Shown: positions 1-27,024, counted from the first letter of the stretch. The stretch: DNA of 64,000 nt from the human T2T-CHM13v2.0 reference genome, Homo sapiens (GCF_009914755.1 NC_060940.1), one strand, 5' to 3'. Made by a program: numbers and translations. Notes: generated from the sequence alone by a model not told the origin.

Positions 1-21
1 GTGACCACTAGAAATTTTTAA

Positions 22-1365
<1,344 letters not shown>

Positions 1366-2331
1366 GAGAGAGAGAGAGAGAGGGAGAGGGAGGGAGGAAA
1401 TAGGCTCAGGAGCAAGCACCTTCACATCTGAGCAGGAACTAGAACTAGGCCTTCTTGTACCAACCCTCTGGATTCTCTCAACTTTCCAAGCTTCCAAAGT
1501 TTGTTTCTGTGTTTACTTCACTCTCTGGTTAGGTGGTTTCTACAGGAGTCTTTAGAACAAGAGAGAAGACCGACATTTATTACAACCAGCAACCAACGTT
1601 AATCACTTTCCCATATCAGTACATAAAGCGCCATCGCATTCTTTTTGTTGAATGCAGGTTATTCTGCATGATGGATGTACCCAAGTTTATTTTAACCAGT
1701 TCCCACTCATGGACAATTAGGTTATTTTCAATTTATATCAATGAGACAAATTCCTTCAAGTAGAATTATGCTAGGGATCAATGGTTTGCGCATTTACAAT
1801 TTTACAGATTTTGACAAATTGCTCTCCAAGCCATTTGTATGAATTTCCTCTCCTGCCAGCAATGAATGAAGTGCCAGTTCCCCTGCATCGTGAATATGGC
1901 CAAATATTTCATGATAAAAATTCAGTGTGGAGAAAGCAGAGGAAAGGTGAGATAGCAGCTGGGAGGCCGTCAGGAGGTGGGGGCAACTGTCCAGGTAGGA
2001 AACGATGGGTACCTGAACAAGGACAAAGTAAGGAGGGAGAGGGTGGAGCCCAGAGCTACCGTGGAAGTCAAATTCCGTGGCGTGGTGGTGAAGGAAGATA
2101 ACAGGAAGGAGGAATCAGATTTCTTGAGTTTCTGGCTTGAACAAATGAGTAGGCAGTGGGTCTGTTAATGGAGATGCTCAACATAGGAAAGGAGATAGGT
2201 GTAGTGAAGAGAAGATGATGACTGTGAGAACGTATTGCACTTGATATGCAGGACACCCTGCTGAACCAGGGAGAGGATTTGGGGATAGTGAATCATTTGT
2301 GGAAACCGTGAGTGTCCATGAGCTCTCCCAG

Positions 2332-2590
2332 AGATGGGTGGGTGGAAGGATGGATGGATGGATGATTGGATGGATGGATGGATGGATGGATGGATGATGA
2401 CTGGATGGATGGATGGATGGGTGGATGGATGGGTGGATGGATGGGAAGATGGATGGGTGGATGGATGGGTGGATGGATGGGAAGATGGATGGATGGATGG
2501 ATGGATGGATGGATAGATGGATGGATGGATGGAAAAATGGATGGGAAGATGGATGGAGAGATGGAGGGAGAGAAGGATAGATGGATGAAT
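2332..2590 (+). repeat. (TGGA)n simple repeat
   Basis: Direct inspection. Confidence 0.95.
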
Positions 2591-2631
2591 GAACAGACAG
2601 ACAAAAAACAGAAACCTAGACTTTATTGTCT

Positions 2632-3256
<625 letters not shown>

Positions 3257-3399
3257 TTTATGTTTTATTTGGCCAAAAAGATCCTTCCAGGTTCCCAATC
3301 TGTAGCATCAACAGATCTGCTTTGTGGAGTCCCCTTTGGCCCTTGTTCTGCCCCGATTTGGGGGCTGGGGGCTGGGGGCTGACGTTTCTCCCTCTCAAA

Positions 3400-4574
3400 G
3401 TTCAGGTTGAATTGCCCTAACGTGCTGATTACTGCACCGAGGATGCCGGTATCTGGCTTGTAATAATTATAGATTTCCTCTGCGATTTGATCCCATTGGT
3501 TGCCTCGGCAACGGCGTAATAGCTCAACCGAAGCGCTGTCACGGTGATTTAGAACCAGTGTGTCTCTCCTGCAGCCTCCATTCTGGGTGCCTCCACCCCC
3601 TTGCCGTCGTCATGGTAACTGATGAGCAGCATGTGACCGAAAGCTCTCTGCCCCCCCAACCCCATACCCCCTCCCCATCTTGTGATCACCCTCATTACCT
3701 CTTCTGGGCCCCCTGTGGACCTGCGTTGACCCAGCATGGGCTACAATGGGGGAGTTGGGTAATCGCTCCCGGTAGGTTCCTCCCCAACCCCCGAGGCGGG
3801 GTCAGGTGGAGCGTGGGCGCCAGAGCAGCCCCTCTGCCTTGGGTGTCTTGGAGATGACTTGGCGCCCCCCGGAGCCCCGTCATGGCTGTGGCTGCGTCCA
3901 CAACACTGCATCAGCAGAGTCCTGGGGAAGCCATTTAGGAATCTGAAGCCCTGGATTTCTGCTTTGTCCCTTCAGGGGTTCCTGAGCCTGTTAAAAAAAA
4001 AAAAAAATCTAGGAAGAGGCCCTGGAAGGAAAAAGGGGAGGGAGATAGCCTATTTTACAAGGTCTGAAATGATGTGTCTTATCCTTCTGGCTTAAACCAA
4101 GCTGGGCTTAAAACATCTTTTAAAAAAAATCTGTATTCTATTTTTTTCTCTCTGTTTATCGCTCTCCTTCTGCCTCTGTTAATCTTTGTTTCTGTGTAGT
4201 TGCATCCTGTTTCTGTCTGAAAACCCTTGTCTTTCTGAATCCATCTTTCAGTCTCTCACATTCTGTCTTTCCCCTCCTCCTTCACCTTCCCTCCGTCCCT
4301 CTCCCTTGCGCACTTGCCGGGTACCAGCTGAGTGCATCCTTTTCCCAAACCTGCTCTGCTTCCAAGGGGCCCTTTTCTGTCTCCTCCACCTGTCCCCATG
4401 TTTTGGGGACTGCCTGGAAATCCGGGACACCCTCCTGAGGAGGGAGCTGGTGCCCAACGGCACCTCTTAGGATGAACCCAGCCAGCTGCGTTCCTGGCCT
4501 CTGCAGAATGGCATACAGAAGGCATTTTAAGCAAGCGAGCTGAGCTCGCCGCAGGACTCCGACTACCAGGCACC
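3400..4574 (+). promoter_or_regulatory. ABAT: Candidate alternative promoter and non-coding first exon of ABAT (5' boundary uncertain)
   Basis: Repeat-free and locally CpG-rich; inverted CCAAT 3495-3499; X-boxes 3499-3512 and 3606-3619; strong donor ACC|gtgagt at 4574/4575. I recall that ABAT has several non-coding first exons (not verified here). Confidence 0.65.
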
Positions 4575-6044
4575 GTGAGTGCAAATGTGTATGTGTGTCT
4601 CTGTGTGCATCCTTACATGTGTATGTATTTGCTGCCATGGGGAGGTGGTGCCAGTGTCTGTCAGTGCCTGTTATCTGTGGTGTTGGGGTGTGCAGGTCGG
4701 GGGGGCACACACCCTTGTGCATCTGTGTACATGCGTGCACATGTGCCTGGCTCTCTGTGTGTAGGACACACAAATGTACTTAACAGATTTTTCAAGGACA
4801 CTTTGTGAACACAGCAGGAGGAGACCCTTTAAAGTGGGGACAAAATAATGAAAGATGGATATAGAAATGATGAGATAAGGAATTGCTCTTATCAATAGGC
4901 TTGCAACACCACAGTCCGCCTGCATCTGGTCCTAGGAAATGAAGTGAGGGTCACCTTGAAAAGGCATTTTTGTTCAAGCCGCTAAATAAATCCTTTCCCT
5001 TCGTTCTAAGGACAAGAACAGCACAAACACACACACCCCTTTCTCTTTGAAACTCAGGGGAATGGAAGGCTCAGGGGGCGCTGTCACTGGGCATTTCAGA
5101 TAGAGTTTGCAGTGAGAATCTCAGTTGACAGCCAGGGCGGCTCACGCCAAGAGTAGATGTCAGGAAGCTCTGGACAGCCGCTCTCTTCACATCTTGTGGC
5201 TGATTAGAAGTTCATTTTGAATTTTTTCCCAGAAGCAGCCTATGCCCCAAGAGGCAACCAGAAGAAAGCAATTTTAGAAAATGCAATTTCATTTGCAGGG
5301 CAAGATGTGGGAATCCTGAAAGGTTGGCGCTGAAGATCCTGCAGTTGGTGTGTGCAAGCTGGCAGCCAGGCCGCTGCCGGAGGAAGGGGGTCCTCTGTGC
5401 TTTGCATGTCCCTGGGTATTTGGGAAACTTGGCAGCCGGTTGCTCTAAGTGAACCCTGACTCTGGAGTAGGCACTGGGCACCCTGGCGGAGAGGACAGAG
5501 CCGGAGACAAGGACTGGCCTCAGGGAGTTTCCAGTTCAAATAGGAACAGACCCGATCACACGCGATACGCTCACCCTCAGACACATTGCTGCTGCCTGCA
5601 TTTCCTCCGGGCTGCCATCCCCCTTCCCCTACCCTGGCCTCTGTCTGCCACGGCTGCCCTTGTCTACCTGCCAAGCTCTAATTATCGTTAAACATCCCGT
5701 CACTGCTTCCCGGAAATCTTTAACTTCCACCCAAGAACAGCTAACACTATACGCCCTCCTCTACCTGCAGAAATCACTTGGACCCTCTGACATCACGTGT
5801 CCAACCGACCTCTTTCTCCACATTTGCCCGTGAGCTGCACTTCATTTTGCAAGGACATAAAGAAGACTATTCACGCAACTACATGCAAAATGACTGGCTG
5901 GGATTCCTAAAACGCCAATGTCTTTTAAAAGGCAAAAGGGCTGAGAAATGGTTCCAGGTTAAAAGAGATTAAAGAGCCATGAGCCCAAATGCAATGTTTG
6001 ATCCTAGGATGAAGCCTGGATCAGGGGAACAGAAAACACTTGTG

Positions 6045-6363
6045 GGCTGGGCTCAGTGGCTCATACCTGTAATCCCAGTGCTTTGGGAGTCCGAGGGAGG
6101 AGGATCACTTGAAGTCAAGAGTTAGAGACTAGCCTCAGGAATATAGGGAGACCCCATCTCTACAAAAAATAAATATAAAAAAAAACTAACCAGACATAGT
6201 GGTGTGTGCCTGTGATCCCAGCTACTCAGGAGGCTGAGGCAAGAGGATCACCTGAGCCCAAGAGTTCGAGGCTGCAGTGAGCCGTGAGCCATGATCATGC
6301 CACTGCACTCCAGCCTAGGTGATAGAGCGAGACCCTGTCTCTAAAAAAAAAAAAAAAAAAAAA
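6045..6363 (+). mobile_element. Alu (J-like)
   Basis: Alu motifs plus poly-A. Confidence 0.9.
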
Positions 6364-7559
6364 ACAATTAAAGAAGTTTTAGGGATAAGTGGGAATATCT
6401 GAATATAGATTGTATGTTAGATAATAGTATTTATAGTATTTTTATGTCATGAATATGCCAATAATAAATAAATTAAAAAAAGATAATAGTATTTTATTAA
6501 TGGTACCTTCATGAGAGTGACTTTGTATCTCAGATCATTTGTACTGAGGTTATGTAAGAGAACGTTCTTGTTCTTAGAAGATACAGGCTGAAGGATTCAA
6601 GGATGAAATATCACAATGTCCACAACTAACTCAAATAATTCAGAAGACAGATAATAGAGTGGGCACGAGTGTGGCAAAATGTTAACAGTTTCGAGGATTA
6701 CAAGCGGCTGTGGAACTATGTTCATAACTTTTATGTGGGTCTGAAGATTTTCCAGTGCCCAGGCTGGGCACTCTGCTTAGCTTTGCGCGTGGATTATCTC
6801 ATTTCATCCTCAGAGCAGCTTGGGGATGGGAGAGCTCTATCACACCCATTTTCCAGTGGAGAAAACAGAGGCACAGCTAGTTGTAAGCCCAGGCCACATT
6901 ATGCCCCCACCCCCTGTTTTGTGAAATTTAGTACTAAAGATACTACATGGCTGTGTGATGTCGGGCAAATCACTTAACCTCTCTGTGATCTGTTTCCTTT
7001 TTTCTTTTTTTTGCTACGAGTGGATAATTATAATATCAGAAGGTTGTTCTGATGGGTATTATGATATATAAAGAACTTAGAACAGGGTTTGGCCTAAAGT
7101 AAGCGCTGAGCAAGTGTCTGCTGTTGCTGCTGCTAATTGTATTTGTTGCTGCAGTCGTGATCCCAGCACCCTCACCTTGGCCAGTGATGGGGAAACCTGA
7201 AGGGTGTTTTTTCTTCTGTACCCAGGGCGTGCTTCATGGGTTTGTGATCTATATGGTCACACAGGGTCCCGTGTTCAGAAGATCCCCCCATGTCACTGAC
7301 TTGCAATTCGTAACCATTTTCTCACAAGGGGCCTCGAATATTTATTTTATGCACTGGGTCCCACACATCATGTAGCCAGCCCTGTCTGCTCTCCCTTTTT
7401 ATTGGATCCCGTTGAGAGCCTCTCCTAGACTAAACTACTTGTGCCTACGTCATTGCAGCAGACAGGCCCAGGCAGGCCGTGGCATTTCAGCAGGTCAGAT
7501 TGTATGTTCCTGTGACCACACTCCAATTCTGATGCAATGCGTCAGCCCGCACAGGCCAG

Positions 7560-8190
<631 letters not shown>

Positions 8191-10530
8191 TCTTAGAGCA
8201 TACTACCTGTGCCTTCATTGTGACTCCAAACCAAACCAGACCAGCAGGTGACAGTGCAGTGAATTGATTTCTAAGTTACATTAATACACTCTGGCCCTGG
8301 TGCTGTAGCTTAGACCAGAGTCTCCCAATCAATCCATCAGGCACCTCTTTCTGTTCCTTCTTTTCTGTTCCTTTCTCTCTTAAGATAGTCCAAGACACTG
8401 ATTTTTATACCCAGTGAGTTTGTCAAGTAGCCTAAAGATATTTTTGAGGCAACGTATTGGGTAAAAAGAAACTGAAGTTGGAATCAGAAGAACTAATTTA
8501 AGAATTAAATTAAAATCCCAAATCACCTCTTTTTTTTTTTCTTTTAGAGATGGGGTCTCGCTCTGTCACCCAGGCTGATCTCAATCTCCTGGGCTCAAGC
8601 GATCCTCTCACCTTGGCCTCCCAACATGCTGGGATTACACATCAGGTCCCAGGTCACCTCTTCTCCATGAGGTGAGCTTGGGCATGTTATTTCTCTGTGC
8701 AAGGAAACAGAACAGCACTAGCTTTAAAGCCTCACAGACCCGAGTTTGAAGACTGGCTCTGCCGTTGACAAGCTGTGTGACACAGGATAAGCCACAACCC
8801 TCTCTGAACCTCAGTCTCATCCTCAGTCTCATAGCGCTGATGATGCATACTGTGTAATACTGTTGCAAGAATGGAATAAGATGAAGCAGAACAAATGTCC
8901 AACCCAGCAACTGGCACATGGCAGGTGTGCGCTTAATCCCTGCATTCTTAGTGGGATCAGTATTCCCAAGAGAGTGAACATTTATGGGAAAGAAAAGAAA
9001 TCTTACTCTTTATGAATAAAGTACAGATATAAAATACAATACATAAGCAGATGTACAATTTATCTGTGGAATTAAAATTTCATGGGGTATGTAGCTAATA
9101 AAGAATCTTTAGGGGAATGGCAATGAAAAAAAGTTTGAGAAACATTGCATTAATCTGACGGATGGGACTCAGAGGTTGCTTTTCAGTTCAGTTCCTGTAG
9201 TTGTCAGAGTATAGGGCTGAAACTCCATGATTGAATTCAACAAGTGTTTTTGAGCACCTACAATAGCCAGACACCGTTCTGGACCCTGGAAATGGAGGGC
9301 ACCCTCCAGGTACATGCTTCCCAGAGCTGGTCTCTGAGGTCCCCTGAGCCAGCCCCTGCCTCTGGGAAGATGACCCCTAAATGGCAGCCTCAGTCAGGGG
9401 GCAGGGTTTTAGAGAACAACAGGAATAGAAGTATTTGCCTCCCAGGAGTAGATAAGACGGTGTATGTGAAACCTTGACACGATTGGCATTCATTCGTAAA
9501 ATCAGAGCAGATACCTGCACACACAGGCATAAATGAAAGATACTTTGAATTACAGAAAAGTTAAGGTCTTTGCAAGTGCATGTAGGAATGCTGCCAGGCA
9601 CACAGCGTGACTCCAGCCACCAACAAAGTGTTTCCAAGTCTGGAGCTGTGTGGTCCTTGAAGGAAATATAAATGTTTCACTTGTTATACGCTGTGATTTT
9701 TGCGTACTTAGCGGTTTCTGGAGTCCGTGAAAGTGGTTTGTTTTCTCTGAACGGGAAGTGCGTTTCCTCCAATCACACCGACCTGATTTGTTTGTTGCTT
9801 GTTGGGCCTCCCCACGGGAACACGAGATCCCACAGAACACAGCAGGACGTGTCCTTGTTTACTGAGGAATCTCTGGGGCTCGGCACAGGTGTGCAGAAAG
9901 CATTTATTGAACTGAACAAACAGATTTTACAAGCCGGACCTTCTGTGGCGTTGGCCCGGGTAGCTACTTCAGCATGGGTCCAAGCATCCTTTCTAAGCCA
10001 ATTCCATTCTTTCACTCCTCCTCCCTTGTAGGATCAGAAATCCAAAGCTAGCTTATCCTTTTGCAGATGTTTCTTTCCATATTATTTCCTACCTCCAGAA
10101 CAAAGGCTATCTGTGTCTCACATTCGGAGGCTTGGATTTGAAGCCCTGTCTGTTCATTTTTCTCTCCAGTTTTTTCACAGGCTGGGTAACTACCTGCCTG
10201 CTAGCAACGATGTGTTCGTTCTCCCTGGATTCCTGATTGAGGTGGGCAGAGAGGACTCTGAGACAGGAGCATGAGGATGAGGCAGATCAGCTTCTTTCTC
10301 ATGAAATCTGGATGTTGAGGCTGGTAGCAGGACCACCGCATGTGCCAATAGTCTTTAGCAGCTCATCAGGCCATAGAAGAAGTGCCTTTACTAACTTCAA
10401 GTCCAGCCTGGGAAACGTAGTGAGACCTTGTCTCTCCCTGTCTAAAAAAAGAAGAAGAAAGAAGGAGGAGGAGGAGGAGAAGGAGAAGGAAAAAAAGAAG
10501 TTGTTCACAATTTTTGTTTACTCGTTTACT

Positions 10531-10820
10531 TATTTTTGAGATGGAGTTTCACTCTTGTCGCCAGGTTGGAGAGCAGTGGCACGACCTCTACTCACTGCAA
10601 CATTCGGTTCTCAGGTTTAAGCAATTCTCCTGCCTCAGCCTCCCAAGTAGCTGGAACTACAGGCACCTGCCACCACGCCCAGCTGATTTCTGTATTTTTT
10701 TGTAGAGTTGGGACTTCACCATTTTAGCCAGGCTGGTCTCGAACTTTTGACCTCAGGTGATCTGCCTGCCTCGGCCTCCCAAAGTGCTAGGATTACAGGC
10801 GTGAGCCATCGCGCCCAGCC
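10531..10820 (-). mobile_element. Alu (S-like)
   Basis: Alu motifs. Confidence 0.9.
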
Positions 10821-11359
10821 AAAATGCACAATTTTAAAGAGCTCTTTGGAAACAGAAAATGGCCTGCAACAGGCATCTCTTCCACATCCTATGTACTTTC
10901 TTCAATTGACCCTAAGCCAGTTGAGTGCCTCCTGACCCCACAAATAGATTTCATTCTTCCCATTTTACAGATGCAGAAACTAAGGCACTGATGAGTTCAG
11001 CAACTTGCCTAGGTAATATATATGGCCCAGCCACACTTTAGACCCAATTTCTGGCTCTTGTTACTTTCCCCACATCATTCTCAGTCTTTCTTAGGAATGG
11101 ACATTTGCCTGTTTCCAAGAACAGTATTTCTGTCTCCCTATACAAGTCACTGATAATTTTATGATGCCCAAGAGGCAGGTGATAGGAAGTCATGCCTGCA
11201 GGGAGAGAGGGCTGGGGCCCATGCGGAGGGGAAAGTCAGAAGAGGCTGTTGCAGCTGAAGTCGGAGGAGAAAAGTGGATGTGAGATAAAGCCTCTGTCCC
11301 TGTGCCACTGCCCCTGAATGGGGCCCTGTTAACCCCATCTGCACAGGCCCACGGCTCCG

Positions 11360-11642
11360 GCTTTATGGGTTGCTATGGCAACCCCTGGCCTTGACAACTG
11401 AAGTGCACTTGGCTGAGTGTGTCTTTGTGTCCCTTTGAGTCTGCAGAGAAGCCAGCAGCTGGGGCTGCAGACGGGAAAGGAATGTCCTCAGCGTCTGCCA
11501 GCACTTTTGTCTTGGTCCCAACGGCTGATAGGAAAATGAGAGGCAGGGTCTTTTCTAGAGAGATCTGGGGGGTCCATTTCTAGCCGATGATGCATGCAAA
11601 GAGTTCGTGTTCACAGGACCTGGGAAGCAGCGGAGTAGAAAG
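11360..11642 (+). promoter_or_regulatory. ABAT: Second candidate alternative promoter and non-coding first exon of ABAT
   Basis: Near-perfect X-box 11369-11382; NR5A/ERR-type site (TCAAGGCCA on -) 11386-11394; consensus donor AAG|gtgagt at 11642/11643 overlapping AP-1-like TGAGTCA. Confidence 0.6.
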
Positions 11643-13019
11643 GTGAGTCAGACGCCATCTTCATAGGCTGCTTGTTGAGCATTTACTGTTTATTCAATGA
11701 TTGTTTGCAGGCAGGCACTGCTCTGGGGCTGGGGAAACAGTAAGGACTTCTGCCAGCCCACAAAATAGTTCCAATTGCTATTACTCCCATTTTACAGATC
11801 AGGAAACTGAGGCACAGAGACGTTACTTAATGTGCCTGAGGTTATACGGCGGGTCAGTGAGAGGCCAGGGATGTCTAGTCTGGGGGTAAGATCATTTTGA
11901 AGGATGCAAGATTGGGGAGATGCAGGGAAGAAGCAGTTTCATATCCAGCACCTCACACTCTGCCTCCACAGGCTTTTTTCTCCCTGTATCCATGGGATGT
12001 TTGACCTCCAGTTCCAGGGATTTGAGGATCATGAAGTCCTGTGGTCATATGCAGGGCCCACCGTCCACTCTTTATGGTAATTAACAGTAGTTCTCAGCCT
12101 CCGAGCCTCCAGAGCTTCCCCCGGTGCCCAGGTCACACCTGTGAGACTCAGACCTACTTAGTCTGGGTGGGGCTTTGACACAAGTGTAAGCTTCTGGTGA
12201 GCGAGCGTCAGGTGCAGCCAACGCTAGAAATTTCTGGCTTTTGAGCTCTAAGACCTTGAACAAGCCTTTTAGGCTTCTGAACCGGTTTTATAACGCCAGC
12301 CAATCCTGCAGATTACCGAAAGGATCTATGGAAGGTCTATTGCATGTGGTAGGTGAACAGTAAGTAAATAAATGGGAGCTGGTACTTTTACTATGATTAT
12401 TCTTTCTCCAGAGCAAATTGGAAGAGTTTGTTTCCACTTTCACCTGAATTCCTCTCACTTTTACTGATTTAAACATTGAACTCGGCCTCTTAGCTCATCT
12501 CGCCCCTCCCCGCAATGCACCAGACACACGAAGGAAGCAGAGAGAGCTAATTTGCATTTTAATCAAAAGAAAAAGGACGAGGAGAGGTGGGTGGGACTGA
12601 AGAGCTCACTATCTGGCTAGACCAGGGTTTTGACTTGTTTTGACTGAGACACACAGTAAGGAATAGAACTTACTTCAGGCCCACTGCACAGCTGAAACAA
12701 AAATTACCAGCATTTGCTATGTACCCTGACAATTCCTATTCTGTTTGATTTACTGATGGATTTAAATTTCTCTTTCAGTTCTGATCATGTCAAGGAAAAG
12801 GTCCCCATGTGATGCCAGCCTGCCTTTAACACCTGTCTGCTCTCTGCCAGTCTCTAGGGAAAGGAGGGGGCCAGGCCTGGGGCTATAGCCTTGGGCGGTC
12901 CACTCTGTCCGGCTTTTAATTGAATAACTTGCTTTGATTTTATTATGTTCTTTTCCTAGTTGCCTTCGTAGCAAATAAAACTTGACGGGGGAAGATAGCA
13001 ATTAGGTTTTTTTATTTGT

Positions 13020-16515
<3,496 letters not shown>

Positions 16516-16729
16516 TAATTCTTAAAAGGCCATGCCAACTCTAGGACTGAGGGTTTAAGAGCTAATCCCTGCCTTCTTACTCCTCATCAACTCCCACCCC
16601 AGTGGGTGCCCTCCAACACACCTGCCTCGAGAACCCCCTCCCCAGCTCAGTGACCCCAGCATCTCATTGACATGCTGAGTGCATGCTCCCTGCCCCTCCC
16701 TGGGAGCCTGCCTAAACACAGACCCTTCT

Positions 16730-17888
<1,159 letters not shown>

Positions 17889-18495
17889 ACAGACCCTTCT
17901 GGATGCAACTAGAGCAGCTGGGCTCCCTCCTCCCTTTGAGAGGGTCTCCAGAGGGCCCTATCAATCAAGATCAGCCTAGAAATTGTTGCTCGAGTTGGCT
18001 CCAGATGACCGCACCTTCACCTTCCCTCCAAGTGCTCTATGATTTCTTACCACACCCACTCTCACTGTGCACCAGGATCCTTAGCTACTCCGTGTCATCA
18101 TACACCTCCGAGCACTTGCCTTATCCCTGCTTTCTTCATTGCCTTCTGAAATCGCCTAACTTTTGAAGATGCAGCTCAGGCAACACCTCCCTGACATTGT
18201 CACCCCAGCCAGAAAGAATCTCCCCGTATTCCCTTAGCACTTCACTCACACCAGCAAAATAGTTGTGATTCTGTTCTATCTTATGCAGAATTTGTTGTTG
18301 ACAGTGAACTGGAAAATTTTTATGTACATATCATGCTGAGTTATTTTAAGAAAGTATTCACATGATGGGTAAAGCAGCCTAGTACATTAAATTCTTCCAT
18401 TTTCTTTCCGCTCATAGTTCTCTGCCACTAAATTATGAGCTTCAGAAAGAAAGCAATTTATCCATCTTGGTTTCTCCTAAGAGAAGTGATGACTT

Positions 18496-21980
<3,485 letters not shown>

Positions 21981-22359
21981 AAAGAGAAACTATTTCTTAG
22001 CCCCCATATTCATGTTTCATAGTTCAGGAACACAGGTCAGTGATAAACTTCTAGGTAACTCAACCCAAAGAAATTCTTTATATTCCAAAATCACTTTGCA
22101 CTCTGAACAATAACAGCCATCCTCATCGCTTCTACATATGCCTTCTTTCTTGGTTCAGCCACAGCAAACTTATAGAGAGCTGCAACTCTCAGGGATACAA
22201 TGACTGCTCCAACAATGTGAAATGGCAGACTCTGGACCAGAAGGCCACACACCTGAGTTTTGTCAAAGCACTGGAAGCCGTGGTAGTTGTCTAGTTGTCC
22301 TTGATAGGTATGTCAACCTCAACACCAATGTCTTTCCTGGATCACTTTTCTTTTTTTTT

Positions 22360-24815
<2,456 letters not shown>

Positions 24816-25640
24816 TTAAAATACCTCACTTCTGGAGCCTCAGTTTCCTCATCTGTAAAATGGGGATAATCACGCCTGCCCCATTGTTGCTGGCACGTGA
24901 AAGAAGCCTGATAAATCATGCTCCTAGCACCTTTCACTTTTCCTTCAAGGCACTTCTCCCCATTATAATGATGCCCTTGTTTATGTTATGATTCATTTCA
25001 TTCTCTTTGTTCCTCATGAAGATGTAAGCTCCAGGCCTGCCTCATTCATCCCTGTATGTCCAGTCTGAGAAACAGTACTTGGTACAAAGTCAGCACTCAA
25101 TGGAGTACTTGTTGCAAAATAAATAGAGGGATTTTGTTGGAGTGTTTGGGCTAAGTGTTGCGTGACTGTGAGGTTTGCTGACTCTGGGGTCACACACATG
25201 TGAGTTCGGCTTTCAGATCCACCACTTAACCTCTCTGTGCCTCAATTTCCTCCTCTGTAAAAAGACCATGGAGCATGGTTGTACATGTTAATAATAGTAA
25301 TAAATATTAATCATACTGTATGTAAAGCGTTTTGTGCAGCATGCGTCACACAGAAAGGACTCGGGAAACAGGGTCCATGAAGAGGAATGACACATGAATG
25401 GTGCTGTCGCTGTTCTGAGATACAAATTTTGTTCTGAGATACAATACCATTTATGTAAAAAATACACATACCAATTAACAAAACAGGTTTTTAGCAGAAA
25501 GATGTACAGACAGAAGGAGGCACACAAAACACATTTAAATGATGTTCTGGGGAGAGGGAACAGGGAGCAAGGAGAGATGATAAAAGGAAACAAACTGGGG
25601 GATAGGGGCTGCTCCAGGCTCCCAATAAGAATGGCAATCA

Positions 25641-26543
<903 letters not shown>

Positions 26544-26654
26544 TGATAAGAACTGGTACTAATGGAAGATACCATCCAGACTAGGGATTCCTGGGCTGGA
26601 AGAGCCCTTGGGGATAAAGGGACCAGCCAGTGAGTGTTTCTGGGACTGTCCCAC

Positions 26655-27024
26655 TGTATTAGTCTGTTCTCATGCTGCTAATAAAGGTACACCTGAGACT
26701 GGGTATTTTATGAAGAAAAAGAGGTTTAATGGTCTCACAGTTTCATATGGCTGGGGAGGCCTCACAATCATGGCGGAAGGTGAAGGAGGAACAAAGGCAC
26801 GTCTTACATGGCTACAGGCAAGAGAGCATGTGCAGGGGAACTCCCGTTTGTAAAACCATCAGATCGTGTGAGACTTACTCAATTGACTATCATGAGAACA
26901 GCATGGGAAAGACCCACCCCCATGATTCAATTACCTCCCACTGGGTCCCTCCCATGACATGTGGGAATTATGGGAGCTACGATTTAAGATGAGATTTGAA
27001 TGAGGACACAGCCAAACCACATCA
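26655..27024 (-). mobile_element. THE1 (THE1B/C-like, ERVL-MaLR) solo LTR
   Basis: TG...CA termini, typical tgtattagtctgttctc...ccaaaccacatca ends, 5-bp TSD CCCAC (26650-26654, 27025-27029). Confidence 0.9.
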
